A stretch of DNA of 64,000 nt. It comes from Octopus sinensis. Taxonomy: Eukaryota. Positions 50,993-64,000 of this stretch are shown piece by piece. The translations under genes and the position numbers were made by a program. Under the pieces are notes generated by a model, which was not told the origin of the DNA, did no database searches, and was given only the letters and a program-made list of their open reading frames with translations. Where the stretch lies: positions 41,416,001 to 41,480,000 of the forward strand of contig NC_043004.1 of the NCBI RefSeq assembly GCF_006345805.1, given 5' to 3'. Position 1 is the first letter of the stretch; the number at the start of each line of letters is the position of its first letter.

Positions 50993-52176
50993 AATTTAAA
51001 TATTGACAATGTCATTAAAAAAGTGAGCACATTGTCAGTTCATTTTCGCAGTCTCCAACAACAAAAAAGAAAAAAAAATGTACTCCAGAGATATATTAAA
51101 GACGATCGTCATCATAACTTACAGTTAACCAGTGATAGAATAATTTATTTGCCATGCTTGAACTATTTTTGCTTTTTAAAAGCTGCATTGCAAAAGTTGT
51201 CTAATACGCGGTAAAAACCTACCACTTTTTAGACAATGAACTTAATGCTGCTCATAATATTGTTTCAGCACCGGAACCAATTAATATTGGAATTTTTAAA
51301 ACAAAGTACTCTACATCTATCGGGAGTAAATTGATATATGCTGATATTAAGGTTATATTCGAAGGCGGCGATCTGGCAGAAACGTTAGCACGCCGGGGAA
51401 AATGCGTAGGCCTATTTCGTATGCCGTTATGTTCTGAGTTCAAATTCCGCCGAGGTCAACTTCGCCTTTCATCCCTTCGAGGTCGATAAATTAAGTACCA
51501 GTTGTGTATTGGGGTCGATCTAATCGACTGGCCCTCTCCCTCCAAATTTCGAGCCTTGTGCCTAGAAAAGAAAAGGATGTCAAAATTTTATTCGAGAACT
51601 GAATCGAGAAAATATTCCAAATATTCTGAAAGAATGTGTTTAGAAAAGCTAATGTTTCTTGCAACGATGACGATGATTTTGAAGATTCATTTGAGGTTGA
51701 ACTACAAAGGAATAAAAATCTGATAGATTTGATGAAGAATTTCGATAATTATTAAAAATTTTTTTTGCTTCATTTTTCCTAATTTCAAATTTTGGCACAA
51801 GGCCAGTAATTTTAGGGGAGAGGGGCAGTCGATTACATCGCCCCCCCCCCCAGTGTTCAAATGGCACTCATTTAATTGACCTCGCAAAGATGAAAAGTGA
51901 TGTTGACCTCGGTAGCATTTGAATTCAAAACGTAATGATGAATACCAAATGTCTTGATGCACTAACTGCCTTGGATGGTTTGACCAATGACCACGAATAA
52001 ATTTCCAATGATTCCGGGATGGAGAAGGTGTAAATAATAGAACTGCAAATACAATATCCCTACATATCTCAATTCTATTTTCATTCCTTCACTTCCTTCT
52101 GCATTTCATATCTTCTCTACAATAACTATTACTTAAACATTTCCTCGCACCTTCTCTAATGAAGGGATATATAAAA

Positions 52177-52689
52177 CTAGCAGTATCGCCCGGCGTTGCT
52201 CGGGTTTGTAAGGGAAATAACTATATAAGCATTTTTAGAGAGTTACTTCCCTTATAGATGCCAATTCGGGCTTTCTTAGCCATTTCTGTTTTGGTGTCTT
52301 CAAGCCATGAAGTCGTTGTTCTAAAAGAACGCTGGTCTCCTTGACAACGCTTTACGACGTTGATTTCCTTACACTCCCTTCCCCACAGCTTCACGAGGGA
52401 GGGAAGAAGGGGGAGAAGCAAACAGGTGCAGGTGTGACCATCGACGCCAACTCCGCCGCCATCGACACACGAAAAATTATGCATTAAAATGGAATAAAAA
52501 ATGATGTTAAATTATTTTAAAAATCGTAGACTCATCGTAGACGCGCGCTAATACTCAGACGGGCTCGATATGAATCACGACTATAAGATACCCGGTTTTG
52601 GTTAAACTGCACCGCAAAATGTGGGAGTAGTTAGGAATCTAAATCGAAGGGGACAGACACTCACACAACTACAGTTTTATATATATAGA
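52177..52689 (-). mobile_element. Non-autonomous Helitron with extra internal segment
   Basis: Family termini; 52255-52475 is absent from sibling copies. Confidence 0.8.
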
Positions 52690-52955
52690 TATCGCGGAAA
52701 CAGCTGTAAGACTTTCTCTTTATATAAATGTTCTGAAAACTATTCACAGCCTTGGATTTTTTCTTATCTCATTCTGTTAATTATTATGTATATGCATGCT
52801 AATACAGGACCCACGTTGGGCTCCTCATTCATATATCATTATCGAATCTGAAACTTAACTATGGTCCTGTCCATTCTCAGCGTTACCTGACACCTTTCAG
52901 TCTACTTGACACCATTACTTCTCATATCCTCGATATATATATATAGGCACAGTGG

Positions 52956-52990
<35 letters not shown>

Positions 52991-53112
52991 CGCAAGCTAC
53001 TTACCAACCACATGGTTCCGGGTTTAGTCCCATTGCGTGGCACCCTGGGCAAGTTTCTTCTACTATAGCCTCGGGCCGACCAAAGCCTTGTGAGTGGATT
53101 TGGTGTGTATAT

Positions 53113-53960
<848 letters not shown>

Positions 53961-54614
53961 TGTGTGTGTGTTGTGTGTGTGTGTGTTTGTGTGTGTGCGT
54001 GTGTTCCCCAACATCGCTTGACAACCGATGCTGGTGTGTTTAAGTCCCCGTAACTTAGCGGTTCGGCAAAAGAGTACGATAGAATAAGTACTAGGCCTAC
54101 AAAGAATAAGTCATGGGGTCGATTTGCTCGACTAAAGGCGGTGCTCCAGCATGGCCGCAGTCAAAAGAGTAATAATATACGAGTGAGTGGGCAAACGACA
54201 AAAAAAAAAAAAAAGGTACGCTTCACATTTACTATTTACATGTATTATTGTGTAATGTATCGTTCCTGTTTTTTAAAACGCTGCAGGTGTTGTGTTTTGA
54301 CGAAAATTTGGCTGTTATTTCTAGCTGGTCGAGAGATCATGCATAGGTTCCATCCTTGATCCATCGTTACTTTTGTCGTTCGAAGCGATTGGAGGCGGTA
54401 ACCTCTGTTGTTTTGTAAAGCAAGGTAGATAACTCTAATTATCAAACAACACCGGTCAACACGCCAAGGACATATTTCAGAAAATGTGAACTCTTTGAAA
54501 GTTGTAATCTCTGTTATTACATGTCTAAATTTCTACATATATTGTACATAAATAGAAACTACTGTTTACCTGTTGTTTAATGGTTGAATATAAATATTTT
54601 CTAAAGTTAAAATT

Positions 54615-54933
54615 ATGTTGCCGTCGCTGAAATTCGCACGTTGTATTTTGAACTTTCAACATCATGTTTTTCACATACGGTTGTTTTCTCAATCGGCCAG
54701 ACTCAGTTTAGTTTCAAACAAACCCAGATGTTTATTTCGTGCTATAGGCATGCCAAAATCCTCTCTAGAATTCTATCAGGCTCCTTGTCGACAATGTTGT
54801 TGGACGCTTCTTGTAAAAACAATGGCTGGACACAGTAAATGGCAGAATATACGACATATCAAAGCAGCCAAAGATAAACAGAAATCTGACTTGAGCTTTA
54901 AATTTTCGCAAAGAATTCGATTACTTATCAAAG
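54615..54933 (+). CDS. TACO1: First coding exon of mitochondrial translational activator of cytochrome c oxidase 1 (YebC/PmpR family)
   Basis: Basic presequence-like N-terminus followed by the MAGHSKWQNIRHIKAAKDKQKS family signature; AAAG|GTAGGT phase-1 donor. Later exons were not found in the window. Confidence 0.85.
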
Positions 54934-55044
54934 GTAGGTGTCAAAATGCACGTGTTTTTTTTTCTTTCAACGCCTGTATTCTTTCGATTTACATTTCTCA
55001 AGTTAGATGTTGTAAAGTGTCACAGGGTTGCAGATCAGGATATA

Positions 55045-55429
55045 TAACAAAGTTATCAACCACCTCACCGGCAACAACACTGAACACCTTTTTTGATCTC
55101 CACCCGTCTAACACCCGTGGACATGCCTACAAAGTCAGAAAACAGCACAGCTCCCATGACTTCCGGAAACATTTTTTCACGCTCAGAGTTGCTGAAGCAT
55201 GGAACAAACTGCTTGCGTCAGTTGTTGACTGCCGTGACACTGCATCCTTTAAGGCCCCCAGGCTTTCCGAAATCCGCCGAAACCACACCTGATTGTCCCC
55301 CTTCCATACTCATACACATGTGTATGTCATGACTCATGCACTGTTCTTTTCCTGACGCTTGTACATTACTATATGTATTATACATGCACTTTAGATGAGT
55401 TGTAGTGCACCTGAGCACTGTACACAATG

Positions 55430-55466
<37 letters not shown>
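55045..55466 (+). mobile_element. CR1-clade LINE 3' end
   Basis: TRGHAYKVRKQHSSHDFRKHFFTLRVAEAWNKL is the CR1 C-terminal motif; (TTA)n tail. Confidence 0.85.
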
Positions 55467-55729
55467 ATGGACTCCCCCGTCGAAGGAGACGTATGAGTGT
55501 TTAACACTTGCTGAACGACCTGCACAAATGATTTATTTATAGTGATCAAATTTATGTGCTGTACATTAGCTCCCTCCCTCCATCAAATCAATGTTACCTG
55601 AACAGGTGCACGGCGTACCATGTGTCAGGTGTCGGAGGTGATCGCAGAGCAATGTGAAATGAAGTGTTTTGTCCAAGAACAACTCACCACTCGGTCTAGG
55701 AATAGAACATAGAACATCCTAACCACTGT

Positions 55730-56035
55730 GGAGGCACATGGCCTAGTGGTTAGAACAGCGGACTGGCGGTCGAGGGATCGCGGGTTCGAATCTCAGATCG
55801 GGCGATGTGTGTGTTTATGAGCGGAAACACCTAAGCTCCACGCGGCTTCGGCAGAAGGAAATGGCGAACTTCTGCTGACTCTTTCGTCACAACTTTCTCT
55901 CACTCTTTCCTCCTGCATCTTGCAGCTTACCTGCGACGGACCGGCGACCCGTCCAGGTGGGGAACCTATATGTCAAGATACCGGGAAACCGGCCCTTATG
56001 AGCCAGGCATGGCTCGAGAAGGAACAAAACAACAA
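55730..56035 (+). mobile_element. tRNA-derived SINE
   Basis: GGAGGCACATGGCCTAGTGGTTAG A box, GGTTCGAATCTC B box, (AAC)n tail. Confidence 0.75.
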
Positions 56036-56074
56036 CATCCAAACCACTGAGCCATGCGGTCTCATCAGGATATA

Positions 56075-57474
56075 CAGGGTGTTCCAAAAGAAACTGTGCA
56101 GTAGGAATATGCTAATAACCCAAAGAAACAAAACTCACAGAAAAATACTATTTATTGCAAATATTCACAAATTCAATACCTTATCAACTAAAGTATGATT
56201 GAGGATTGACTCGTGCAGTAAGATATGATCTACAATAACTGTTGAAAGTGTGCGCCATTCACCTGCAGACATAAACGAGCGCGACGCTGCGTGTTTTGAA
56301 AAACACACTCAAGTTCATCAGGTTTGATGTTTTGAATAACACTTGTTATTTTCTGCTTCAGTTCATCCGTAGTTCGAGGATTGTCTGCATACACTGAGTC
56401 TTTCAATTTGCCCCACAAATAAAAGTCAGGAGGTGTTAAATCCGGTGATCGAGGTGGCCACAAACCACGAGAGATCACATGATCCCCAAAGACATCACCA
56501 ACTGCAGCCATACTGACACGGGCCATATGTGCAGTTGCACCATCTTGCTGGAACCAGCCTTGTTGCTTTTCTTGCTCCGTCAGTTGATCAAAAAATGGCT
56601 CCAGGATGTTATGAATGTAACACTCAGATGTGATGGTGTTTTCAAAAAAGATAGGTCCAATTATACGCCGCCTTGACAAAGCACACCAAACACCAACTTT
56701 TTGATCGTGGAGTGGTTTCTGAAACAGAGCATGAGGATTTATTGTAGACCACACTCTAGAGTTCTGACTGTTCATGTACCCGGACAAATGGAACCATGCT
56801 TCATCACTGAAGAATGTATGGTTTAAAATGTTTTCACCTTTCTCTAGAATAAAATTTTCAAACCACCGACAGAAGAGTACGCGTTTTTCTGAATCCTGAG
56901 GCTTCAGTTCATGAACAACATGCACTTTATATGGAAAGAATTTAAGTTGATGCACTGCTCGGTGAGTTGATGTTAGAGATATCCTAGTTTCTTGAGACAA
57001 ACGCCTCAAAGACTTTCGTGGGCTCCTCTGCAGTTTGTTGGTAACATTCTGTAAGACTGTATCTGTAACGACTTTTGGGCGGCCACTTTTGGGTTTGTCT
57101 TGAACACTTCCAGTTTTTTTGAACTTATGCAACAAAGCGGAAACACAATTTCGATGCGGCAAACGTTCTGCACCAAATTTTTCTTGAAATGACTCTTGCA
57201 CTTCTTTTGTGTATTTGCCACCATCTCGGAAAACATTTTCAACAATAAATATCCTTTCTTGTAAGGTAAGCACCATTTTCAAAGGGTCCCTGAAACAAAA
57301 GAATATTTAATATAAATATCTAAAATTTAGATATCTAAATTATCTAAATATAATATTTAAAATCTTTTGGGAAAACATTTTCAACTATAAATATCCTTTC
57401 TTGTGTTCAGTGCACTGTTTCTTTATGTATACCTATGAAAATGTTCAGTGCACTGTTTCTTTTGGAACACCCTG
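56075..57474 (-). mobile_element. Full-length Tc1/mariner transposon (1400 bp)
   Basis: 28-bp TIRs CAGGGTGTTCCAAAAGAAAC.GTGCA.T with 2 mismatches, TA on both sides, uninterrupted transposase ORF. Confidence 0.95.
56230..57276 (-). CDS. Mariner-like DDxD transposase, 348 aa (rosa/Visitor-like, N-terminal HTH)
   Basis: ATG at 57276; GRPK, FSDEAWF, QQDGATAH and WPPRSPDLTPPDFYLWG motifs. Confidence 0.9.
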   Translation of the reverse strand: MVLTLQERIFIVENVFRDGGKYTKEVQESFQEKFGAERLPHRNCVSALLHKFKKTGSVQDKPKSGRPKVVTDTVLQNVTNKLQRSPRKSLRRLSQETRISLTSTHRAVHQLKFFPYKVHVVHELKPQDSEKRVLFCRWFENFILEKGENILNHTFFSDEAWFHLSGYMNSQNSRVWSTINPHALFQKPLHDQKVGVWCALSRRRIIGPIFFENTITSECYIHNILEPFFDQLTEQEKQQGWFQQDGATAHMARVSMAAVGDVFGDHVISRGLWPPRSPDLTPPDFYLWGKLKDSVYADNPRTTDELKQKITSVIQNIKPDELECVFQNTQRRARLCLQVNGAHFQQLL

Positions 57475-57494
57475 TATATATATATATATATATA

Positions 57495-57856
57495 CTCGCA
57501 GTATCGCCCGGCGTTGCTCGGGTTTGTAAGGGAAATAACTATATAAGCATTTTTAGAGAGTTATAGCATTAAAAATGGAAAAAAAATGATGGTAAATTTT
57601 TTTTTAAATCGTTGACTCATCGTAGACATTTTTAGAGAGTTACTTCCCTTATATAATAGCGAAAAAAATGCATTAAAATGGAAAAAAATGATGGTAAATG
57701 TTTTTTTTAAATCGTAGACTCACCAGAAGGGCTCGATATGAATCACGACTATAAGATACCCGGTTTTGGTTAAACAGCACTGCAAAATGTGGGAGTAGTT
57801 AGGAATCTAAATTGTAGGAGACAGACAGCACACAACCTCTCTTTTATATATAAAGA
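57495..57856 (-). mobile_element. Non-autonomous Helitron
   Basis: Near-identical to 43986-44391; 3' CTAG mutated. Confidence 0.8.
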
Positions 57857-58774
57857 TATCAGGCTCGTGCTGTCAGTAACTACTCAGAGTAAGCAGTTGG
57901 TGACCTTTATGTAGTAAAACGCAAGAAAAAATAAGCGAAGTACAGGCGCTAGACTGAATTGGGGGCAGATTTACTTATGTCTTTATAGCGCATAAAGAAA
58001 ACATAGCAATGTCCGCAGCATGTGTACTACAGCAGTACTATGCATAGCTTTAATACTGAGATTGAAAGGCAGGGCGAATTATGCCTGCCTAATCTACAAA
58101 ATCATTTAATATATTTGGCATTTTATGCATAGTAATCAGAGTAACCTTCATAATTTTATTGAATTAGGTGCAAACTTTGCGCTAAAAGAACAGACACACA
58201 CACATTCTCTCTCTCTCAAACACATGCATATACATTTTCACAAGCACATAGTAATTAATATATAAGCGTACACACACATACAAACGGACATATACATACA
58301 CACACGTTCGTGTTTTGCCAATTGCCGCAACAAATTTGCACCAAAGGTAAATAAACCAGAAGGGGTGGGGTCAATGTTTCATCGTTTCGGGGTCGATAAA
58401 TTAAGTACCAATTACGCACTTGTCTCGAGGATTTTTTCCCCAATTTATATCACAGCTTCCGACAAAAATATTTCGCAAATTTTTACAATGCTACTCACAC
58501 TGCATGCGCAAACTCGAGACCGATTTAGGCATATTATTTTGTTTTTGTTGTTTCTGGCCCTTCAAAATCATGGGAGAAGCCTTTTCGGTAAAAAAAAATA
58601 AAGAAAATATTCAAAAAATATCGTTAATATTTTTATTGGGCGACGAAATTCATCGATTTAAGAGATATAGCTGTTATTTCTAGCACATGTAGAAGACAGA
58701 AGAGACAAGGATGAATAAGACGTGTGCGTGTGAGTTTTTAGACGCAGTAAATAATTTGAGCTCGAATGCTGCGA

Positions 58775-59042
58775 TTTCATTGGTTAAAATTCGTAAAATT
58801 AAACTATGTTTAAGTTACGAATTACAATTTTGTTTTCAATTTTATTTACAATAATGTTTTCTTTTGACACATTCTACCAATATATGAAGTTTCAAATTGT
58901 TTAGTTAACTAAAAAATTCCGTCCATCAAACAGAAAAGATCCAAAAAGGTTTTATAAACACATTCTACCAGTATACGAAGTTTAAAATTTTTTAGTTACC
59001 TAGAAATTATGTTAAAAACTGCCGTTCAAACCGAAAAGATCC
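58775..59042 (+). mobile_element. Two partial 3' ends of GGATC-TIR MITEs in tandem
   Basis: AAACAGAAAAGATCC at ~58942 and AAACCGAAAAGATCC at ~59042. Confidence 0.7.
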
Positions 59043-59259
59043 AAACTTTTTAATAGATTCCAACCCAAGCTAAATAAACATTAATACTAATACTTAGAGC
59101 TACTATATCTACTGCTACAACCACTACCACTAACAACAATACTAAAGGTGGTCATTATGATAATAGCAGGAAAATACTAGCTAAGTCAATAAAAAAAGTC
59201 AGTAAAAATTATCATATTTTGGGGTTTAAAGTTCTATTTCCACAGTTGCTACTTCTACC

Positions 59260-59291
<32 letters not shown>

Positions 59292-59556
59292 CAATGACAA
59301 TAATAATAAAGGAGATGATGATGATAATTTGAAATGTAAAAATCCCTGGGAATTGTTGTTTACAGCATTTCTAAAAATAACCCAATAATTTCTGCTTTGG
59401 CCAGGGTCAAAATAAAGGTCTCTTGACATGTTCAACAAACCATGGTGCCTAAACCAAACACCAATCAACTTAAGTAATTTAGTAAAATCACACACTGATT
59501 GGTCAGAATACAGTTTGCAAAAATTAACATTCTGGAACCTGTACAATTGTATTTAA

Positions 59557-59777
59557 CCCTTTAGTGTTCAGATTACTCTGTTAAATGTAATAATTTTTCA
59601 CTCAAATTGTTTTGAATTAATAATGCATTATCTTATAGCTTTTGAGGTTTCAATTATGTGATTGTTTATTTTTAGAATATCAATGTAGGTTAGGTGTGAG
59701 AGGCTAGATATCGCCCGTTTGAATGTAAAACATGTAGAATATCTGGGCCAGATATGGCCTGTTTAAACACTAAAGGG
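59557..59777. mobile_element. piggyBac-type MITE
   Basis: TTAA|CCCTTTAGTGTT ... AACACTAAAGGG|TTAA. Confidence 0.8.
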
Positions 59778-59995
59778 TTAAGAGACACAGATAATCATCT
59801 CGCCACAGTGAATTGAATCTCATGGTGCAAAGAATCAACACAACACAGTACAATGTGTGGTTATCATGGTAACAAGCTTTTAATGCCTCACTGTTTGTTG
59901 ATTGGCTAAAATTACCCAAATTTTCCCAAATTTAATTCCAAATAATATCAGATTCTTTAATTTATGATAGACCATAATTGAAAACAACCTGAGCA

Positions 59996-60403
59996 GGATC
60001 TTTTCGGTTTGAATGGCAGTTTTTTCTAGCGGTGTCATATGAAATTTTCACCCATAATAATGACCCTAGTATCGATCTATTGCATTTCAATCTGATTTAG
60101 ATTTAGGGTTAGGGGTGGGGGGAAGAGTATCTTTTTTTCTTCACAAATGTAAATAAACCCAATCTGTTTCTTAAATGAGTGACATATTCATACGGCACAG
60201 AATGTTTTTTTTACCTCAATAGACGTCAGTGATTGGTTGAAATTGCAGAAAAAAACCACAAATATCTTACAAACTATAGAATTTTCTCAATAAAGCCTAG
60301 AGAAAAAGATGTTTTATAAACACATTCTACCAGTATACGAAGTTTAAAATTTTTTAGTTACCTAGAAATTATGTTAAAAACTGCTGTTCAACCGAAAAGA
60401 TCC
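59996..60403 (+). mobile_element. ~420-bp MITE (GGATC TIR family)
   Basis: Perfect 8-bp TSD CCTGAGCA. Confidence 0.9.
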
Positions 60404-60752
60404 CCTGAGCAAAATTAAAAGGGGCTGACTTTGCAAATGAAATTAACTAGATCCAATTGCTTTACCCCTGCATATCTGTACCAAGGGGAGCAACCCATCT
60501 TTTGTTTTGCGGCGAACTTTCCTACGGCCAAAAATCCTGAGGCTAATTTTCCTGCGGCAAAAATGTTTGAGGTAAATTTTCCTAGAAGCAGTTATCACAC
60601 CTTCTCTCCTGAGTTACTTCCTATTGACCTCCAGCCTTATTCTTCCAATTGACCCCCTCTGCTCATATTTACTGTCGACCACCTTCACCCCCTACTTCTC
60701 TCTGATTCTTTCCATTCCTATTTTGGTGGAATTCTGTTTTATGCATGGCATA

Positions 60753-61330
60753 TAACCCCTCATAACTTTTTTATTTTTTGGAATTTTCAGAAAATTCTTG
60801 TGAATTTGCGTTATACACATGGGAATACTCATGACAATGCAAAAAAGGAAAATATTTTTAATTTTTCAGAATTTTTGGTAAAAGGTTTTTTAAAATCATA
60901 GTTTAAGATATGGACAGTCCGAATTTTTGGCTTAAATCCCAGCAATAGACTATTAAATGTGTTTATGGGGAGAAAATGACAAAGAAATCTTTTCTACTCT
61001 AGGCACAAGGCCCGAAATTTGGGGGGAGGGGACTAGTCGATTAAATCAACCTCAGTATGCAACTGGTACTTAATTTATCGACCCTGAAAGGATGAAAGGC
61101 AAAGTCGACCTTGGCAGAATTTGAACTCAGAACGTAAAAACAGACGAAGAGTGACAAACAAATGAGGACGGTATGAGATGGTCGTGAGATGTGCTAAAAG
61201 TAACATCTAAATACCCCTTAAATCACAGAAAACTATTATTTTTTTTTGCATAGTTGTGTGATTTCCTGCGTGTAGAACTCAAATTTTCAAAAAAGTTTTC
61301 TGAAATTTCCAAAAAATTTACGAGGGGTTG
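60753..61330. mobile_element. TIR element with nested SINE
   Basis: AACCCCTCATAA..TTTTTTGGAATTTTCAGAAAA inverted against TTTTCTGAAATTTCCAAAAAATTTACGAGGGGTT; TA flanks. Confidence 0.55.
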
Positions 61331-61452
61331 TATGCTGTTTGTAAAACAGAATCCTGCCTCTGTTTCTTTCCATCACTCACTCAGCTCTCCACTCTTGCAA
61401 CCTTTACCCATACTTCCTTATTCTTCCATTTAATCACCTTCTTGGACATTAA

Positions 61453-61670
61453 CTCTTTAGCATTTAATGTGGCCATATCCGGCCAAAATATCCCACTTGC
61501 TTTATGTTCAAACTGGCCAGATGTGGCCTCCCACTCCAAACCTACAGTATCATTATAAAAATTAAGTTACCACATCAAAATCTCAAGGCTACAAGATAAT
61601 GCATGATTAATTCAAAGCAATATTAATAATTAAGCATTACTTTTGACAGAATAATGTGATTGCTAAAGAG
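61453..61670. mobile_element. piggyBac-type MITE
   Basis: TTAA|CTCTTTAGCA ... TGCTAAAGAG|TTAA; related to 59557-59777 and a partial copy at ~130-228. Confidence 0.75.
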
Positions 61671-63096
61671 TTAAAGAATGCATTCTTATTCTTTGGCACT
61701 GTCATCTTCACATCACTTTCAGATTTCACTCTGCTCACCCTCCCCATATATAATGTAAGGTAGCTCTGTGCTTCCTCCTGCTCGGTGCATCCCTCCCTGT
61801 CTTTCTTAGCATTTTGTAATTCTCTCTCACTAACCCCTTGGACATCTTTTTCCGTTGCTTCTCTTACTTCTTTCCCTAACACCGACTCTGTTAGTTTTTC
61901 CATTTACACCCTCTTACAACAATAAACCTGTTCACGGCATACTTTAACTTCTCAACACCTTTACCTCAAGTCAGCTTTGCCTTTTATGACTCTCATTACC
62001 AGAATACCATTTCTACATGAATAAATATAATGTTAGTTAACGAAATTTGTACTTTTATATAAATAAGATATACTATTTACAATCTTGCTAATATTTTAGT
62101 AAGTGACTCTCTCTCTCTCTCTGTTACTATTGTTTAACAACTTAGAAGGAAGAGGTCAGTGAATCTTGATTAGTTGTAAGAATGACAAAAGATTGTTGGT
62201 TTCATTCTCTTTACGAGCCAGCCGCTGAAAGTCTCCATTGTCTGAACATAGTCCTGATCTCACAGCATGACTAAATATATCATCATCATCATCGTTTAAC
62301 GTCCTTTCTCCATGCTAGCATGGGTTGGATGGTTCAACCGGGCATCTGGGAAGCCAGAAGGCTGCACCAGGCTCCAGTCTGATCTGGCAGTGTTTCTACA
62401 GCTGGATGCCCTTCCTAACGCCAACCACTCCGTGAGTGTAGAGGGTGCTTTTTACGTGTCACTGGCACGGAAGACAGTCAAGATCCCCTGTCAGTCAAGA
62501 CAGTCAAGATCCCCAGCGGTGCTGGCATTGGCCACGTTTGGATGGTGCTTTTTACGTGCCACTGGCCCAGGGATCACAAATACAGTTTCCATTGATTTTT
62601 GATGTTGGTGTATCAATATATCAATATGACTTTGTAAACATATTTCATCATCACTCTAAGGTTTATAAAACCAGTAAATCTATATATAAATAACAGGCTA
62701 CCAAACTATAGCAACCATATGAAAATGCTTGAAATACTTACATTTGTTTACATTTTGAACACAGCTTTTCACCTGTGGGCAATAGAGCGATAACATTGCT
62801 AGGTCAGAAATACCCCCAAATTATACAAAATCTGTTAATCTGAAAGCTAATCAGTTAAGTTTTTGCATGTGTTCCTTGTTGATTTCTTTACCTTTCAAAT
62901 GGATGCTCTGGTAGACTCTTTTGATGAAATGGTTCCCAAGTGTATATATACAATCATCATCATTATCATCATCGTTTAACGTCCGCTTTCCATGCTAGCA
63001 TGGGTTGGACGATTTTGACTGAGGGCTGGCGAGCCAGATGGCTGCACTAGGCTCCAATCTTGATCTGGCAGAGTTTCTACAGCTGGATGCCCTTCC

Positions 63097-63179
63097 TAAC
63101 ACCAACCACTCCAAGAGTGTAGTAACACCAACCACTCCAAGAGTGTAGTAACACCAACCACTCCAAGAGTGTAGTAACA
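63097..63179. repeat. 26-bp tandem triplication at a retroposon truncation point
   Basis: TAACACCAACCACTCCAAGAGTGTAG x3. Confidence 0.9.
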
Positions 63180-63431
63180 ATGATATTATTATAACCTGAC
63201 AGAGAGCAGCAAGCTGGCAGAGTGGTTAGCACCTGGGTAAAATACTTAGTGGCATTTTGTCCATCTTCATGTTCTGAGATCAAATTCTGCCTGGATCGAC
63301 ATTGCTTTTCATCCTTTTGGGGTTGTTAAAATTAGTATCAGTTGAACACTAGGGTCAATGTAATCAACTTATTATATTATTTATAAAAGCGAACCGCAAG
63401 TATTGATAGACTAGTTATGGTTACATAAACT

Positions 63432-63852
63432 GGATCTTTTCGCTTTGAACGGCAGTTTTTCTAGTGGTGTCATATGAAATTTTCACCCATAATTATGACC
63501 CTAGTATCGATCTATTGCATTTCAATCTGTTTTAGGGTTAGGGTTAGGGGTGTGGGAAGGGTATCTTTTTTTCTTCACAAATGTAAATAAACCCAATCTG
63601 TTTCTTAAACAAGGGACATATTCATACGGCACATAATGTTTTTTTTTTACCTCAATAGACGTCAGTGATTGGTTGAAATTGCAGAAATTAAAGGAAAAAA
63701 AAACAACAAATATCTTACAAACTATAGACTTTTCTCAATAAAGCCAAGAGAAAAAGATGTTTTATAAACACATTCTACCAGTATACGAAGTTTAAAATTT
63801 TTTAGTTACCTAGAAATTATGTTAAAAACTGCCGTTCAAACTGAAAAGATCC
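63432..63852 (+). mobile_element. ~420-bp MITE (GGATC TIR family)
   Basis: TIRs and internal (TTAGGG)n. Confidence 0.9.
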
Positions 63853-64000
63853 AACAAACAAACAGGCAGAAAAAAAAATGTTTATTAATGTGGTCCTACA
63901 TGCTCTGTTTGTAAATGAAAGACGAGTCCGGCACGGTTGGAATGCCGTTGATCATAGGTTTGTCGGTCAGGATTAACCTGCTACCAAAAAACAAATCATC

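Noticed and set aside
54360-54606. Possible non-coding first exon and short intron of TACO1 (AAG|GTAGAT ... CTAAAG)
   Set aside because: Splice signals are weak and cannot be confirmed without transcripts.
54934-55292. TACO1-CR1 fusion protein suggested by the 225-aa ORF
   Set aside because: A good GTAGGT donor at 54934 ends the exon where the family alignment expects; the rest is intron read-through into a CR1 fragment.

Overview
AT-rich, repeat-dense animal genomic DNA. The SINE, MITE and microsatellite repertoire suggests a coleoid cephalopod, probably Octopus (inference, no search run). Host genes read by hand: (1) the first two coding exons of a secreted PEBP4-like phosphatidylethanolamine-binding protein on the minus strand (9782-9576, 2249-2151; the rest lies left of the window); (2) a complete 4-exon, 219-aa divergent paralog on the plus strand (35275-48998), with a signal peptide, a degenerate ligand pocket and a GPI-signal-like C-terminus; (3) the first coding exon of TACO1 (54615-54933). 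Between the head-to-head PEBP genes lies a 10.6-kb, ~302-copy, 35-bp satellite amplified from inside a single SINE. All the long ORFs in the track at 23.3-34 kb are artefacts of it. Penelope-type pseudo-LTR fragments are frequent, mostly next to (TA)n tracts. Many form long fold-back inverted repeats and carry minimal type I hammerhead ribozyme motifs, several with greatly enlarged stem II. Other mobile elements: an intact Tc1/mariner element with DD38D spacing in the TACO1 intron; Tx1-, RTE- and CR1-type LINE fragments; non-autonomous Helitrons; 8-bp-TSD MITEs carrying TTAGGG repeats; piggyBac-type MITEs; several tRNA-derived SINE families. Coordinates were read by eye and may be off by a few bases. 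No CRISPR, rRNA or genuine tRNA genes were found.
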